From: Squalus acanthias
Taxonomy: Eukaryota
Assembly: GCA_030390025.1 (NCBI GenBank)
Contig: CM059428.1
Location: 100,564,001-100,628,000 of the forward strand
Length of the DNA stretch: 64,000 nucleotides
Reading direction: 5' to 3'
Shown here: positions 1 through 14,400 of the stretch, one piece after another
Position numbering within the stretch: position 1 is the first letter of the stretch
Layout of the letters: each line of letters opens with the position of its first letter
Made by a program: the position numbers and the translations under genes
Notes under the pieces: generated by a model
Seen by the model: the letters and a program-made list of their open reading frames with translations, nothing else
What the model was told of the DNA's origin: nothing
Databases searched by the model: none

Positions 1-112
1 CAGTGGTTCAAGAAGGCGGTTCACCACCACCTTCTCAAGGGCAATTAGGGATGGGCAATAAATGTTGGCCTTGCCAGCGATGCCCAGATCCCATCAACGA
101 ATAAAAAAAAAA
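1..112 (+). mobile_element. 3' end of LINE (same family as 56492-58662)
   Basis: caccaccttctcaagggcaattagggatgggcaataaatg...gaat+poly(A), matching 58550-58662. Confidence 0.85.
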
Positions 113-524
113 GTTGGGGAGAGAGGTAAGCAGGGCCTCTTAGGGACAAGGTGGCTCCATGATGACATATCTGGTGACAGAAAATCAACCCTTTGTGGCT
201 GTTCTGGTAATCAAATACCTGAACCAGGCTGATGCGCAGTACTCCAGGGCAGTACTGATGATTGACCAACCAAGCTAGCTCACCAGAAGCTGGAATTCCT
301 CCCTTTCAGATCTTAGTTAACCCTGCAAGCTAATGACCTGTGGATAGAGTGGTTTGGATGGATAAGCAGTGGGGAGAGGCTTAGTCCTGACGGATGTGAT
401 TTTAGCTGGTGAAACTCCAGCAGTACCCATGTGTACAACTCAGGGTTCCCATCCCTTAACCTTGTCAACCTGTGCCTAAGTCCTCTCATGTGTCCTTATG
501 GGAAAGTGTGTGTACTCTAAATTG

Positions 525-1580
525 GGCAAACAGAAACTTTGGCCGCGGGATTGCGGCAGGAGAGGTGGTTGGCGGGTTCCAGTCCCATTCCCGGCTGCAG
601 CCGCAGTGTAAAAAGGATTTTCTGTTAATAGGTCTTGTTAAGCCCACCCTGTGAGATTCCCAGCCAATTAAAATGAAGCAGGTCTGATGACGTCATTTGA
701 TGACGCGTCATCAGCCGATTTCCTTAAAGGGACCATGGCCACATTCATTTTGACATTTGTTCTGTCAGTGTTCTACAGCATTGAGGTGCTGCAAACACTG
801 ACAAGCACTGCACAAAGGTGCACGGCTGCACCCAGGCTCTCCAAATGACTCCCTCCATTTGCTTATGGAGGGAGTCACAGCACGCAGGGAGGTTCTCTTT
901 CCTTCCAAGGGCGGAAGAGACCTCCCCAGGAGACCAACACAGCCTGGTTGCACATTGCACAGGAAGGCAAAAGCAGAGATGTTGTCAGGAGGACCAGGCT
1001 GCAGTGGCGCAAACCTTTCAATGATCTCAGTAGATCACGAAACTTTACTGCAAAGCCACACTCAACCTCATCCTGCTGTGCCTCTCATCACATCGCCATA
1101 ACTCTGCCTTCCCCACCCTACTCCTGCACATCACACCAACTTACCATGCACCTCCACCCATCCCTCTCTATCTACATTATCACTTCCACATCTCACTAGC
1201 CACCCCTCACACTTACCCTCATTCTAGTACAATCATACCAACTAACAACACACAAAAGTAGGCACTTGGGTGTTTTATGCAATGTTCATGTAAAGTTTCT
1301 GTTAATGTGTTGTCAAACATTGAAATCTTTATTTTCAACACTTTGCCTTATTGTACAGATCTGTGCTCACCTTTGGGAGTGTCTTAGTGAGTTGCAGTGA
1401 ATGGTGAGACATAATGGTATCCCCGCAATGGTGATGAGTGTGAAATGAATGGCTTGGTCATTGTCGGAATGCTTTATGGTGCTGGTGTGGGATGGTGTTA
1501 ACCTGGCGCATCATATGGCAGCCAGGGTGTACAGCGTCAAGTGAAGTAAATCTGGCCATGGTGACACCATCGCTGGCCTC
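525..1580 (+). mobile_element. Degenerate PIF/Harbinger-derived element with Myb/SANT-like ORF remnant
   Basis: Frameshifted LLMEGVTARREVLFP...LHIAQEGKSRDVVRRTRLQWRKPFNDL resembles the Harbinger Myb/SANT domain; subterminal gttaagcccaccctg shared with the 60727 element; boundaries approximate. Confidence 0.6.
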
Positions 1581-1915
1581 CAGTTGCGGTTCAAGCCTTG
1601 CTCACAGGACTTCAGTGTATAAACTAGGCTGACTGAGGGAATGATAAGTTGTTGGAAGTACTGTCCTTTGGATGCGATGTTAAACTGAGGATGTTAAAGA
1701 TCCCATGCCACTACCTGAATCAGAGCAGAGTTTCCTATTGTTCTGGTATTAATTACTCCCTCAACCAATACCATCAAAAATAACAGACCAACTGGACAGT
1801 CATCTTTTTTGTGGGATCTTGCTCTGTGTAAAATGGCTGCCATGCACATTTCAAGTAAGTGATTTAAGATGTTCCTGAGAGATGCGAGAAGAAACAATTT
1901 AAGTACAAGTTTTCT
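1580..1915 (+). mobile_element. Degenerate Deu-domain-type SINE
   Basis: gatcccatgccacta...tgtgggatcttgctctgtgtaaaatggctgcc; reverse-complement similar to 42520-42960. Confidence 0.55.
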
Positions 1916-2369
1916 TTTTCTTCGCTTAGATCGAGTATTAAAACAGCCTGGTTATATGAACAATCAGAACAAAAACTATCATTTCTAACAGGGAATCTGG
2001 AGGTCATTAATATTTAAATATTCATTCAGATTGCATTTTTCACTTCAGTTTCCTCCCCTTACACTCCAGTGGGTGTGGGTTCTCTTGCCAAATATCCATT
2101 CTTCTATATGGACAATAAGTGGCCATTCTTCAAGTGTGAGCCTGGACAGCGATTCAGTGGCTATTTAATTATGAGGGCCTCACAGTCATGCTTAATCCTG
2201 TTGTCACCCAACAGCCATGCGCAAGCCACTTTGCAGCAGGGATCACTGGACCTGGTGTAGGGTTCAATGTCACATTTCATTATGCCATTGAAGCATGAAG
2301 GAGGAGGCCCTTGTATTGCATATAAAACGGAAAAAATATATAGTCATCTGATTATAAATTTCAACTTAC

Positions 2370-2477
2370 GGAAGGACCATGATCACCAGGACGCCCACGA
2401 TGACCAACAGGACCCATAGCACCAGAATGTCCGGATACACCATCTTTGCCAGAAGGTCCAGCAGGACCAGATGGACC
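2370..2477 (-). CDS. COL1A2: COL1A2 exon 48
   Basis: 108 nt, [36 protein letters not shown]. Confidence 0.93.
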
Positions 2478-5400
2478 CTGGAAGCAATGGATACAGCAGT
2501 TTATTTTACTGTTAGTGTATTTGTTCTCTATTACAAATGACTGATCAGTAGAATCATGAAACAGATATTTCCTTACTTACCCTTGGGCCAGAAGGACCAG
2601 CAGGACCATGAGAACCAGGTTCACCAGAAATACCCTATTAAGGTAAGGAAATCAATTAGGAATTTTGTCACCGAGAACAATATAAAACAGGTTGGGGGTG
2701 GGGAAAGCAAGAATCATAAAGATTACTTACAGAAAGACCAGGAAGACCCTGCAAGCCACCAGGTCCTCTTAATCCTTTCAGACCTCTGACACCTGCATCA
2801 CCAGCGTTACCCTTTTCTCCACGTGGACCTTGTGGGCCCTATAAAATGAATAATAGAAATACTTAATTGTTGATATCATATGAAAAAGAAATAGAATAAA
2901 ATTACAAAGAAAAAAAACCAATTGACCAAAAAGACCCCCAGTAGGGCCCCACTTCTAGAATTAGGGGGTGGAAACAGGAGCGTCATTAAAGGCCTGAGAA
3001 GCCTATAGCTGTGGGCCTAGCTGCTAGGCTCTGAGCCTTCAGGCTGCTGTTGAAGAACAGCAGAAAAAGGTCTTGAGGCTCAATCCAATCGCACCTACCA
3101 TAAAAAGGACACTTATCTGTTGACCCTTCTTTGCCTTTCTGCCTTACCCCCTTCAATCTGAGAGGGATCCTGGTGCAAAGCCTAGTGGCAGATTCTTGGG
3201 GCACAATTGTAAGTGGGTATTTCTTGAAAATTAGCAGAGAAAATTGAGGTGGGAGAGCTGGAAACGCCCCTTCCCGCATCATTATCATGCCAATGCTGGA
3301 CCTGCGACATATTGCAGATGCAGATCCAGCTCTGTTTCTCTGGGGAAACCCCAGAAATCTGCATGCAACATAAACCCCAACATATCAGGTTCTCTGCCCC
3401 TTTTCCTCTCCATAGCACTTGTTTAATGATCATTCCCCAGGCATAGGGGGAGACATAGTGAAGCCTAAATCATCTAACCTTTCTCTATAAATATGAATGA
3501 TATACAGCTGCTTGAACATGTACTCACAGGAAGGCCTCTTGGACCCAATGGACCAAGTGCGCCAGTTGCACCTGTTGGACCCTGTTGTTAAAGGAAACAA
3601 ATAATTACTTTTCTTGATAAATTACAAAATGTAAGACTTAAATCTACTACTACACATCTCCTGGTTTTAAAGAAAAATAAAACTGTAAACTTACAGGCTC
3701 ACCACGGTTGCCAGACTTGCCAACTGGACCTGCATGACCATGGGAACCAGGTTGACCTCCTGAACCAGGTGCGCCTACCCTACCACCTTCACCACGTTCA
3801 CCCTGAATACAAGAGAGAGAGAAAGAAAAATAACTCAGTTAATTGTTAAAGAAGCGATGTGGTATTAGGTCAAAAAACTATAACCTTTTTGATGGTAGCT
3901 CTTAGGACTGCACATACCTTAGGTCCAGCGCCTCCGGCACGACCAGGAGCACCATCATTACCATGATTTCCCTTAAAAGCAAAACAGAAAGGAAGAAAAA
4001 GGATTACGTAATGTTGTGCAGTATATTATTTACCCGTTTAGGATATCATGTATGCAATAACAGCCCTGGTAATAGTGATTTGTTCATTCACTTACATCAC
4101 GACCAGCTTCACCATGTTGGCCAGTCAGACCACCAGGACCAACTGCACCAGCTGCACCACGGGCACCATGAGGACCTGCAGGACCTGATGGACCAGGTAG
4201 ACCCTAGAAATAAATAACAAAGAAATAAGATTAAATACAGAAGAAGTATCTTAGTGGGAACGTCTCAAACAGAAAGCAAAATATTTCAAAAACATAGGCA
4301 GTATTCCAGCACTCAACTCTAGCGGAAAGGTTCTATAGAAATTCCGCAGAGGTTCTAGCATAACTCCAGCAAGAAACTGGAACCTCAGGGAAACGACATA
4401 TGTAGCTGAAAACAACTGTTTCCACTGTTCCTGGGGGCTCTGCCACTCCTCTGTTGGAGTTATGGTGAGAGACCAGTAGCACCTCCATGGAATTTCAGGC
4501 TATTTTGTCTTAAAAGGGGTAAATATGCTCATTAGTGAAAGATTGAATACTGTATATTACTGAAAAACCTATCCCTTGATGGCTAAATTGTGGAATATTG
4601 TTTTTAATATACCATTTAATTACAACTTCAAATGCTACCATATATGGGAAGCCCCTAGAAAGCAGCTTACTGACCTTTGATATTGAGACTTCAGTGCGAT
4701 TGTTGTTATTTTTACACATTTATTCCAGAATAGTTCAAAACATATAAAAAACAGTGGGTCTTTTGTTGTTGATAATAATAGTAATGGTAGTATATTTGAA
4801 ATAAATATTCTAGAGGGAGTAAACATAAAGGCTGATTCCATATTTAGGAATTCCTGGAGAGAAACGCAGGGCGTGTTGTTCAAGGAATTACAGGCCTGCA
4901 GCCCCTAATTTTCCATCTATTTAAAATGAACGAACAGAAAATCGGGGCTGCAGGTTCATAATTTCCTGACTAGGGCTACATACTGTTACTCGCTGGAAAA
5001 TCAGCCCCATATTCCCAACTTAAACATTTAAGAATCATATAATAGGTGTTCTAGTTGCACTGGTTGGTAATTCTCCCCCTTAAAAGAGCTAACCAGCGTG
5101 ACCAGAAAGTGAAAGAGCAACAACCCACCCCGAAACCCCACAGTGGGGAACAACCCAACCTGGAACAATCACCTAACACCACTTGCTCTGCCTCAATAGC
5201 CTAAATCAATAACCTCCCACAAAGTCTTGCTAGCACACTTGAGGGATAATTTTCCATGTCCAATTTCTTGGTGGGAATCCTCGGTTGTCGCGAGCACATG
5301 ACAAAAAAAGACTTGCATTTATATAGCACCTTTTGCATTCTAAGAATGTCCCAGTGTGCTTCACAAATTAATTTAGGTGTAGTTGCTGTTGGTTTTGTAG

Positions 5401-8400
5401 GGAAATGTGGCAGTGAAGGGGGAGAATTACCAACCAGTGCAACATTCTACAAATAGCAAATGAGACAAATGACCAGTTAATCTGTTTTTTGGTGGTGTTG
5501 GCTGAGAGAGAATGTTGGTCAGGACACCGGAAGAGCACCAATGAAAAAATGCCACAAGGTCTTTTACAGCCTCCTGTACAAGGAATGGGACATCGGTTTA
5601 ATGGCACCTCAAACAGTGCAGCACTCCCTCAGTACTGCACTGAAGTATCAGCCTAGATTATGCGCACATTTCAAAAATTCAGGCTTGCACAAATTTCCAA
5701 CCATTTAAACAAACACGTTTCCAATATGCTCTCCTGTTGAGTGAGGCTCTTTGCTGGGAATCAGACTCAGAAAATTACTCCTTTAATGTACATGTGTAAA
5801 GTATTAATGTAGCAAATGTCACTTAAACAATTGTAAACTGACTAAAACTGATACATAAATGCAATTTCTTGTTCTTTATTTCAAACTAATTTGTATTGTC
5901 ATTGAGCATAGTAGAAATCCTTCTCCAAATCTTTCCTCTCTCTTACAATCTACATACTTTTAAAACCCAAATTTGTGAGCACCTAATCATAGCTTCTTGA
6001 TTTATCTGGTTTCCTCTATTATTTTCAACCTTTACCTAAGTTTCTGAATAACAAAAACATTAAACAACATTAAAGTTGTCACCTCATAATATTTCTAAAA
6101 GTTAGGTTTAAGCTGATAATACTGTATATTGTATTTGTTCCAAACAGATGCATGGAAGCTATGAACATACCATGGTACTACTTATCTTTAACTATTTCAG
6201 ATGTTACTGTTTGATAAAAGTGTTATACTTACGTTTGGACCTGAGACACCTGGGAGACCATGCTCGCCTCTTGTACCTGGGAGACCGAGTAAACCTGACG
6301 AACCAAGAAAACCTTGAGGTCCAGGAGAGCCTGGAGCACCCTGTACAGAAATATCCACATAAGTGCATAAGTAAAAACTGTGTCTAAGTAGGAAGTAATG
6401 GAAATTCAAAATTTTGTATCCATTAAAAAAATCTATACTACAAGTTCGAAGTAACTTACAGTAGGACCTGATTCACCTGCTGGACCCTTATCTCCAGGGA
6501 AACCATGTGGACCAGAAGGACCTGGTCCACCTGAACGACCTTGTGCACCTGAATCACCTCTTGGACCTTGTGGGCCAGAATTACCAAATGGACCAGCGGG
6601 ACCTATTGGACCTTGAGGACCCTATAAAAGCACAAATGCATTAATCACATATATTTATATTCTTGATTACACCTTCTGATGCCTGCTGATATAACATATT
6701 GGCCCAGATTTTCCGGGGTCTATGACCGCGTACGCACGCCATTGTAAGTGCCCCGCAGGTTCTGGGTTTCCGCATGCGATGCATGTGCTTGACAGATCGT
6801 ATGAATCCGCAGGAAGCGGACATTTGCTGGCGCAGAGTTGGGCTATTTGCCCAACTACTGTCCAGGGAATGCCCACAAAACCCTTACACCTGGTAAAAGC
6901 AGGCATAAGGCCTTCTTTTATCAGCGTAAGGTTTTAAATAAATATTAAAACAACATTTTTTTTAATGATTTAACTATATAAAAACCATTAAAATTAGTTT
7001 AGGTTATTTTTGGCCCCTTGAAAAATGTTTAAATTTATTTTTCAAAAAATTACATTTTTGTTTTAAATGTTTAATTAAATTGTATTTTAATTAATTTTGA
7101 CCATGTGATGATTTATTTCGATTTCAGAGCTATGAAAGTGCGTTTTTTAGGGGATTCCTATTATGCTTATGGGGATTCCGTATGGAATCCCCATAAGCAT
7201 AATGGGAATCCCCCTTTGTGATTGGTTGGGCCGGCCCACATGATCCCAGGGACGCTTACGAACCGCACACGCTCCTGGGATATGTGAGCCTTTACGCAGG
7301 CATATGCCTGCAGGCCCAGGAGCACGAGTCTTCGAAGGTAGGGAGGCAGCAGGTAGGTGTGGAGTTTTCTTGCGGTTCAGAGGCATTCACCCGCGGGAAG
7401 CCTCCAACCGCAATTTACAGCTCAATTTCTATTGTTCCCTCCCTAATAGAAAACCTGTATTAAACATACTTTTTGCCTTGCCGCCAAAACAAATCTCAAA
7501 AGGGTGTATTATATGATGTACATATAGAACATTAGCAAATGGAGGAACATGTATTCCAGAAAACACACACGGGCCTCCTCTGCTATTGTGTGAACTTTCG
7601 TGGGATATATTCAAATAAAAGTCTCCACGTATATAATAATCTCAAAAGATAAACGTCAGAGGTTTTTATAATGTAGTCTTGAGACAATCTTAAATCTGCA
7701 TGGTCAACCCCATGATTATTCAGCAAAAGGAATAATTCAAGCAGGGGACAATAAACATGAAATAAAAACTGCAGGTAGGGCTAATGTTTCAGGTTTATGA
7801 CCCTTCATCAGAATTGACAAAAGGTCATAGAACTGAAATGTTAACCCTCCCTTCCTTTCTCCACAGATGCTGCCTGACCTGCTGAGTATTTCCAGCATTT
7901 TTTGTTTTCGTTTCAGATTTCCAGCATCCACAGTATTTTGCTTTTTGACAAGAAACATGATATTGGCATCATGCTCCTCGTTTACTTTTTCCTCCTCCTT
8001 CCACTCTGAAGCAGCAGCTTCTTTCTTTGTGGTAATTAAGCTAGCTGTCTAGCCCAAGATTGACACAATTCACTAGAGGTAAGTGAGTTTTATAACAAAC
8101 ATCTGTGTGACATTAACTCACCCCCTATTGGTTGGGAGTTGAGATACTGGCAAGTTAAGTGAACACATAAGGTTGAGGATAGCTGCAAGTAGTGGAATAT
8201 TCTATCAACTTATCTTTCCTAACTATCCTCAGATCTAATCTTTAGTAATTAAACACAGAAATACCATCTATGTATTGAGGTATGATGGATACTAGTATTG
8301 AACTTGCACCATAAACCTTCATTCTGGATTTGCTATTCATAGCACCAAACCCAGAAGTTATCACTATACAAAGAAAAAACATATTGCCCTATACATATTA

Positions 8401-11400
8401 TTGCTAACATTAGCTCTAGAACCTTGAATGCTGTGCATCAGACTCATCATAATGTCAAATTAATTACTAAACATATAAAAAAAATACTTACTGCTGGGCC
8501 TGGAGCGCCTGCTCTACCAGCAGGACCTGGGAAACCTGTCATACCCTAGAAAAAGTAAAGCAGTTGTTGAAATTAGTTATTTATATTCCACGTCGCATTA
8601 GTCAGGTTGAACACAAGAACTAGGAGCAGGAGTAGGCCATATGGCCCATTGAGCCTGCTCCGCCATTCAATAAGATCATGGCTGACATCAACTCCACTTT
8701 CCCGTCCTATCTCCATATCCTTTCATTCCCTTAGAGCCCAAAAATCTATCGATCTCTGCCTTGATTATCTGTCATTGACTGAGCCTCCACAGCCCTCTGG
8801 GGTAGAGAATTCCAAAGATTTACAACCCTTTGAGTGAAAAAATTCTTCCTCATCTCAGTCCTAAATGGCCGACCCCTTACCCTGAGCCTATGAGCTCTAG
8901 ACTCTCCAGCCGGGGTAAACGGCCTCTCAGCATCTACCCTGTCAAGTCCTTTAAGAATTTTATACATTTCAATGAGATCACCTCTCATTCTTCTTAACTT
9001 CAGAGAATTATAGGCCCATTCTACTCAATGAAGTATTTATAGTACAATTATTATTCAACTTACTGATGGACCAGAAGAACCAATAACTCCTTGTAGACCA
9101 GGAACTCCAGCAACTCCCTAAGGAGAGGAATGCAAATAATTATGAATATAGAAATAGCTGTTGTGATAACTATTAATGTGCATGATATTTGCAGGTGAGT
9201 CATTTTCCAAGTGCTGTAGAGTGCACATTTTACTTGACTTTATTGTATGTTACAAAATGACTCCCAGCATAAAGTGACCAGTAGGTATTATAGTGCTAAA
9301 TCCTTGCAGTGGTATTGTTTAGGATGTAAAGTTTGCATAATTGCTATTTAAATCCAATTTGTACAATTTTGCAATGTTATTGCTTTGCATATGTGATGGA
9401 TTGAATGATGATTTTCGTAACAGCTTTGCTCAGAACAAATCAGATTAGACAAGTGAGCAATGACTTTGAAAGTACTGAAGCAACAAGTGAAACTGTATTC
9501 AGTGTGCCACTCACATTACAACTGGCCGAGGAGGACCAGAGAAAAATGGCAGTGGGTAGCCTGTGTGCTAAGGTGGTACAGAAGGCAGAACCTGAAGCAT
9601 CAAGTATATTGTTCTTTGCAGAGCTGAAGCTAAACTGCAAGGTTCTTACAGATCTCTGTCAGCTGCTGAATGAAGGCCTGCAGTACATTTGGATACAGCC
9701 CTGCCAGTGATGGTAAAAGTCACCACAATTTAAGGCAAGCACTGCTGATATATTCAGTGTGGACCAATTTGCTGTGCTCAGATCCATCACCACGATGACA
9801 GATGTTTTAATCTGCCTTGCCAACAATTTCATTCTTTTCTCAATGGACCAACAGCACCAATAGGATAGGGCAACATATTTCCCAAGGATGCAGGAGTCAC
9901 TGCATGCATGTTGTCATTCATGCCCCCGTGCAATGTAATGCTCCACATGAACCGCAAGGGATTTTACTGAATAAATATGCAGCTGGTATGCCACCACCAG
10001 CTCAGATTAATACAATGGCCACTTCCCAGGGAACTTGCACAGCACCTTTATTTTAAGGAAGTCCTCTGTATCATCGTTCTTTGAAAGGAGAGGAAGACTG
10101 GAATGTTAGCTGCGGATGTGCCTTCTACAGCCATAGCTCATGGCACTTTTGCATTAACCACAGACAAAAGTAGAGTGTAGGCTGATATGAAATGAGGAAG
10201 AATGTTTAAATGTCCACAGCAGCAACTTTAGTGGAGAGAAGGATGTTCAATCTTATGTTCCTTATTAATGAAATTTGCATTTCTGAGTGGAGGCAGCTGC
10301 ATGCCAATAGTTGGGATATTGCCTGGCCCTTTAAACTGCTATAGGTATTGCAATACTGCAGCAGCAATTATTTCCTGCCCCCTCCCAATGACAAACTCCC
10401 AATAACAGATGACAATGCCATAGGGGGACCACCTAATATATTTCAATTAAGTTAACTCTAGAAAGTTCATTGGGGTCAGCGCTGAGTCCAACAGTCAGGT
10501 GGAAATTCAGTCCCACCACACTTCTGCTAATGATTACGCTGGAGAGGAAAACCTAGCCTCAACAGTTTATAGCAGTAATTCCATGCCTGTGACATGCATC
10601 ACTAAGGGTTCCACTACAGATACCAATATTGTTCACTTATCTCTCCCCTGCCTGGCAAACCAGGCACTTCTGTGGGAGGGTACCGTTCTGTCTGGTAGGT
10701 AGTATCCATCTGTTCTCTCAATCCCTTTATCAGAGCCTCAAGTGCTTGATTGTCCCAATGAAGTTGCTCAGGAAACAGCTGCACTGAGGTGGCATGTTCA
10801 ATTTTCATAGCCTAAGTGGGTGCTTAACATTTTACACAGGTGTGCGATAGGATTAATCCATTGCCTGCTCTGTTGTGTTCTCATTATAGTGCACAGAATT
10901 GTGTACTAAATAAAACAAGTAAAATTGTAGGTTCAAAGTGTGAAAAATAATGTTGAAACAATAAGCAATGCCCACTTAACCCTTCTTTATTGCCAAAAGA
11001 GTCAATTCTAAGTTCATATCACAAATTCTTTAAGCCATGTTAGTCTAAGTATGACCTGATAAATGACATGGATAAAGCATTAGAAAATTAAATGTTTGTC
11101 AGGATATTAACCTAAATCATTTGCTGCACAAGTATACTGTCATTAAAGTGGTGCCCTTCTGCATCTCAACAATTTATTTCAATGTAAACTAGTCCTTAGG
11201 ATCACAATCCAAGCTAATATTTCATTCCAAGATTTCATTCACAACCATGTGTATCTCAAAGATGACCAAAATGGTCCTGGAGTTTGGACAGTTCAGGCAG
11301 GACTTTCCTCTTATTTACCACTGCTTTAGTTACAGTAATGGGAGTGGGTGGCGGCAGAAATTTGAGTAGGGACCTATTACACCAAATTTCTCCCCATTTT

Positions 11401-14400
11401 TACGCCAGATGATATAGAATTCTTTAAACTATGATCTACATGTAAAAAGAGAAATATTCTACAATGAACTGTCAATTAATTATGATAAAATTACTCTTTA
11501 CTCTAATAACTTCAGATCAGGATACTTACCGGATGACCAGAGGCACCAGCAAGACCAATGGAACCAGCAGGACCGACCTCTCCTTTGGAACCAGCAACAC
11601 CGGTCTCACCTTTAGCTCCAGGCTGTCCATCTGCACCCTATATAATAAGAAAAGAATAAGCAAAATAAAAAAGTAGGCTCATGTTTTTAAAAGAAATGAA
11701 AATAATTAAAATAAGGTAAAAGAAAGTTTTGAAACATACGGGTGGACCAGCAAATCCAGTAGGACCAGCACGACCAGCTTCACCACGCTCACCCTAGGCA
11801 GAGGAAAATCAAACCAAATAACTTTACTGTCCATGCTCCTTCTCGCATAATAGCCCGATTCAAATGTCATTATATTACTGTTAATTACAACAGACTTTCA
11901 ATTCATTGTACTATCAGCAATTGATAAAATATTTGGAAGAATATAAAACAAAATAATAAAGGAACTCAGTCTAAATTCAATTTAACATTTGTTCCTTTTT
12001 TAAAACTTACTGGAGTACCACGAGCACCAGCTGCACCAGAGTGACCAGCAGAACCAGATTCACCCTGAAGAATAAAATGTCAGTCAGCTGATGATGGCAA
12101 TAAAATGTTATAGACATGAAAAATATTATGACAGGGAACTCTCAATTGTGACACTAATAAGAACAATGATGATATTTATATCAGTAATAAAATGACAAGA
12201 ATTAATTTAGTAATGGTGGTATTAATAGAAATAACAGTAATTCTGATAATTGTGTGGAGTCTGTAATTGTTCTGTTATCATTGGTGATGAAGGTAATATA
12301 AAGAGCCCTACATTCCTCAATACACAAGAACAGGTATGAAGCATGCTTTTTTTCAAACTTTGAACAGATACATTACTGAAATCGCTGTAGCACACAAAAG
12401 GCACGGTTTTCATGCGACCCCTTTCATTCAGTGAGAGGTGGGTCGAGCACTACAGTCAGAGGCCAAAACCATTTTCATGGTTGTGCCTCATTACCATATT
12501 CCTGCTGAGCTGCCCCATGCTTGCTGATTGGAGTGGGGAGGAAATCAAGCAGCTTGTCCGTGGAGTTGATTGGGGAGGTGGTGCTGGGGGAGGGTCATGA
12601 AAAGCTAGGCATCAGACGGGGCCAGGCATTTAAGCTCCTGCTGGCCCCACACAAATCGCCAAAAAACCTACCTGCCCCATTTTTGTAGCGGCCTCCAGCA
12701 ATCCCCTTAAGGACCACTGGTTGGGCTACTCTAAACCCAATACCACTATTTACCACATGTTGTTATATTGCACCTTTGTGTTAATGCAAGGCCATCTCAC
12801 ACTGCTTGAGGTTTACACTAATTGCAACATAAAGCTACATTTTAAAAGTGCCTAGGCAGTCCATTGTGTCTCTTGGTAACTTTTAAGACTCTGTATTGTA
12901 TCTTCCTAATGTTAGGATAAAGTGGATGCTCCCACTGTTCTCTTCTAACCTTAAAGGAGTAATGTTTCAACTTTCTGCTGCTGAAGGGGAGACTTGCCCT
13001 TCTGGAGCACATACTGGAAATTCAGGTGCGCACTGCAAATAGTTTTCCGATCATTTAAATTAATGGCCAGGAAATCATGTGCATTGTGCCGAACTTTCAG
13101 TAAGCTTTGTCAGGGGGTGAGACTCCTTGATAGCAGCACAAAATCGGATAAAATTGCAGACACCAGCAACAAGTTCTAACTGTGGTGACAGAGTTCCCTG
13201 TAGTTATAGTGATTGTTTGATATGTTATTTAATACTATACAATATCATGATAATTGTAATACAAGAACAGTAGTGGTCTGTTAGACAGCTGGAGTGTCAT
13301 GGTGATGCCCTTTGAATACCAGAGATGTGCTGTAAATTTCTATGATTCTATACTAATCAGAATTTCAGCCATGTTAGCATGGAAAGAGTTCAAATACATT
13401 CATAGCACATAATAGTTTGGATTTTCTTAATAACTGAAAAAGTAATATGATATTATTAACATTGGAAGTACTGAGTTTAGGAGAAGAAAATGAAACATTG
13501 GTAACTGTTTTGGCTGATGATCTCAAGCACTGGTCTCACCATTAATTCATCACACAGGGAGCTGTTTATTGCTAGGTAAACACAGGCTCCTCAATTGGCT
13601 GTTAATAGTTATTCTATCAATGACAAAAATAATGCCAATGACAATGTTACAGCAATTAACATAAGGATAAATGGCTGCGAATAAAGGCATTGGTGTCTGG
13701 AGCCGAAATCATCCTATTGGTGAGAAGCCCACTTAATCTCATAAAAACCTTGCGCTAAAGCAACTATCATGCTTGGAAGTTGTATGAGAACTTGAGAAAA
13801 AAAATGTCACAGTGAGGGATTTATAAGAGGGGGATTAATGTAAGCTTTCAGAAACTTACCCTATCACCAGAAGGGCCACTGGGACCAGGAGCACCAGCAG
13901 AACCAGGAGCACCCTATAAAATAGGAGTATGGTAATGTTAAGATAGAGGTTATATTGGTGTGTATTCACAGATACAGTGGTACTAAAGGCTTAAGTTTAA
14001 TGCAGAAGATAATTGTGGGACACTTACCCGTGGTCCATCGATGCCTGTATTTCCTTGAGGACCCACTGGACCGTGATCACCCTATAAAACATGCATGATG
14101 AGTTAGACTGAAAATAGGAGAGTGTAGAAATAGGAGACAACAACACATATTGTTGTTTTTTAATATCTCTACGAATTCTTCAAAGCATTACTTTCAAAAC
14201 TGCTAATAGTTATATACTTTTTTTGTAGAATAGATATTGCTCTGGCCATGAGCTGAAGTTGCTCTGCTTTACACTTCCACCATAGTACATCCTTTAAATC
14301 GTTAAAAAAAATACTAAATGATAGAAACATAATGAGCTATCATTGTAAAGCTCCTAATATGAAGCATAGAACATATGAGTGAGTTTCAACTGTTTTTAAA

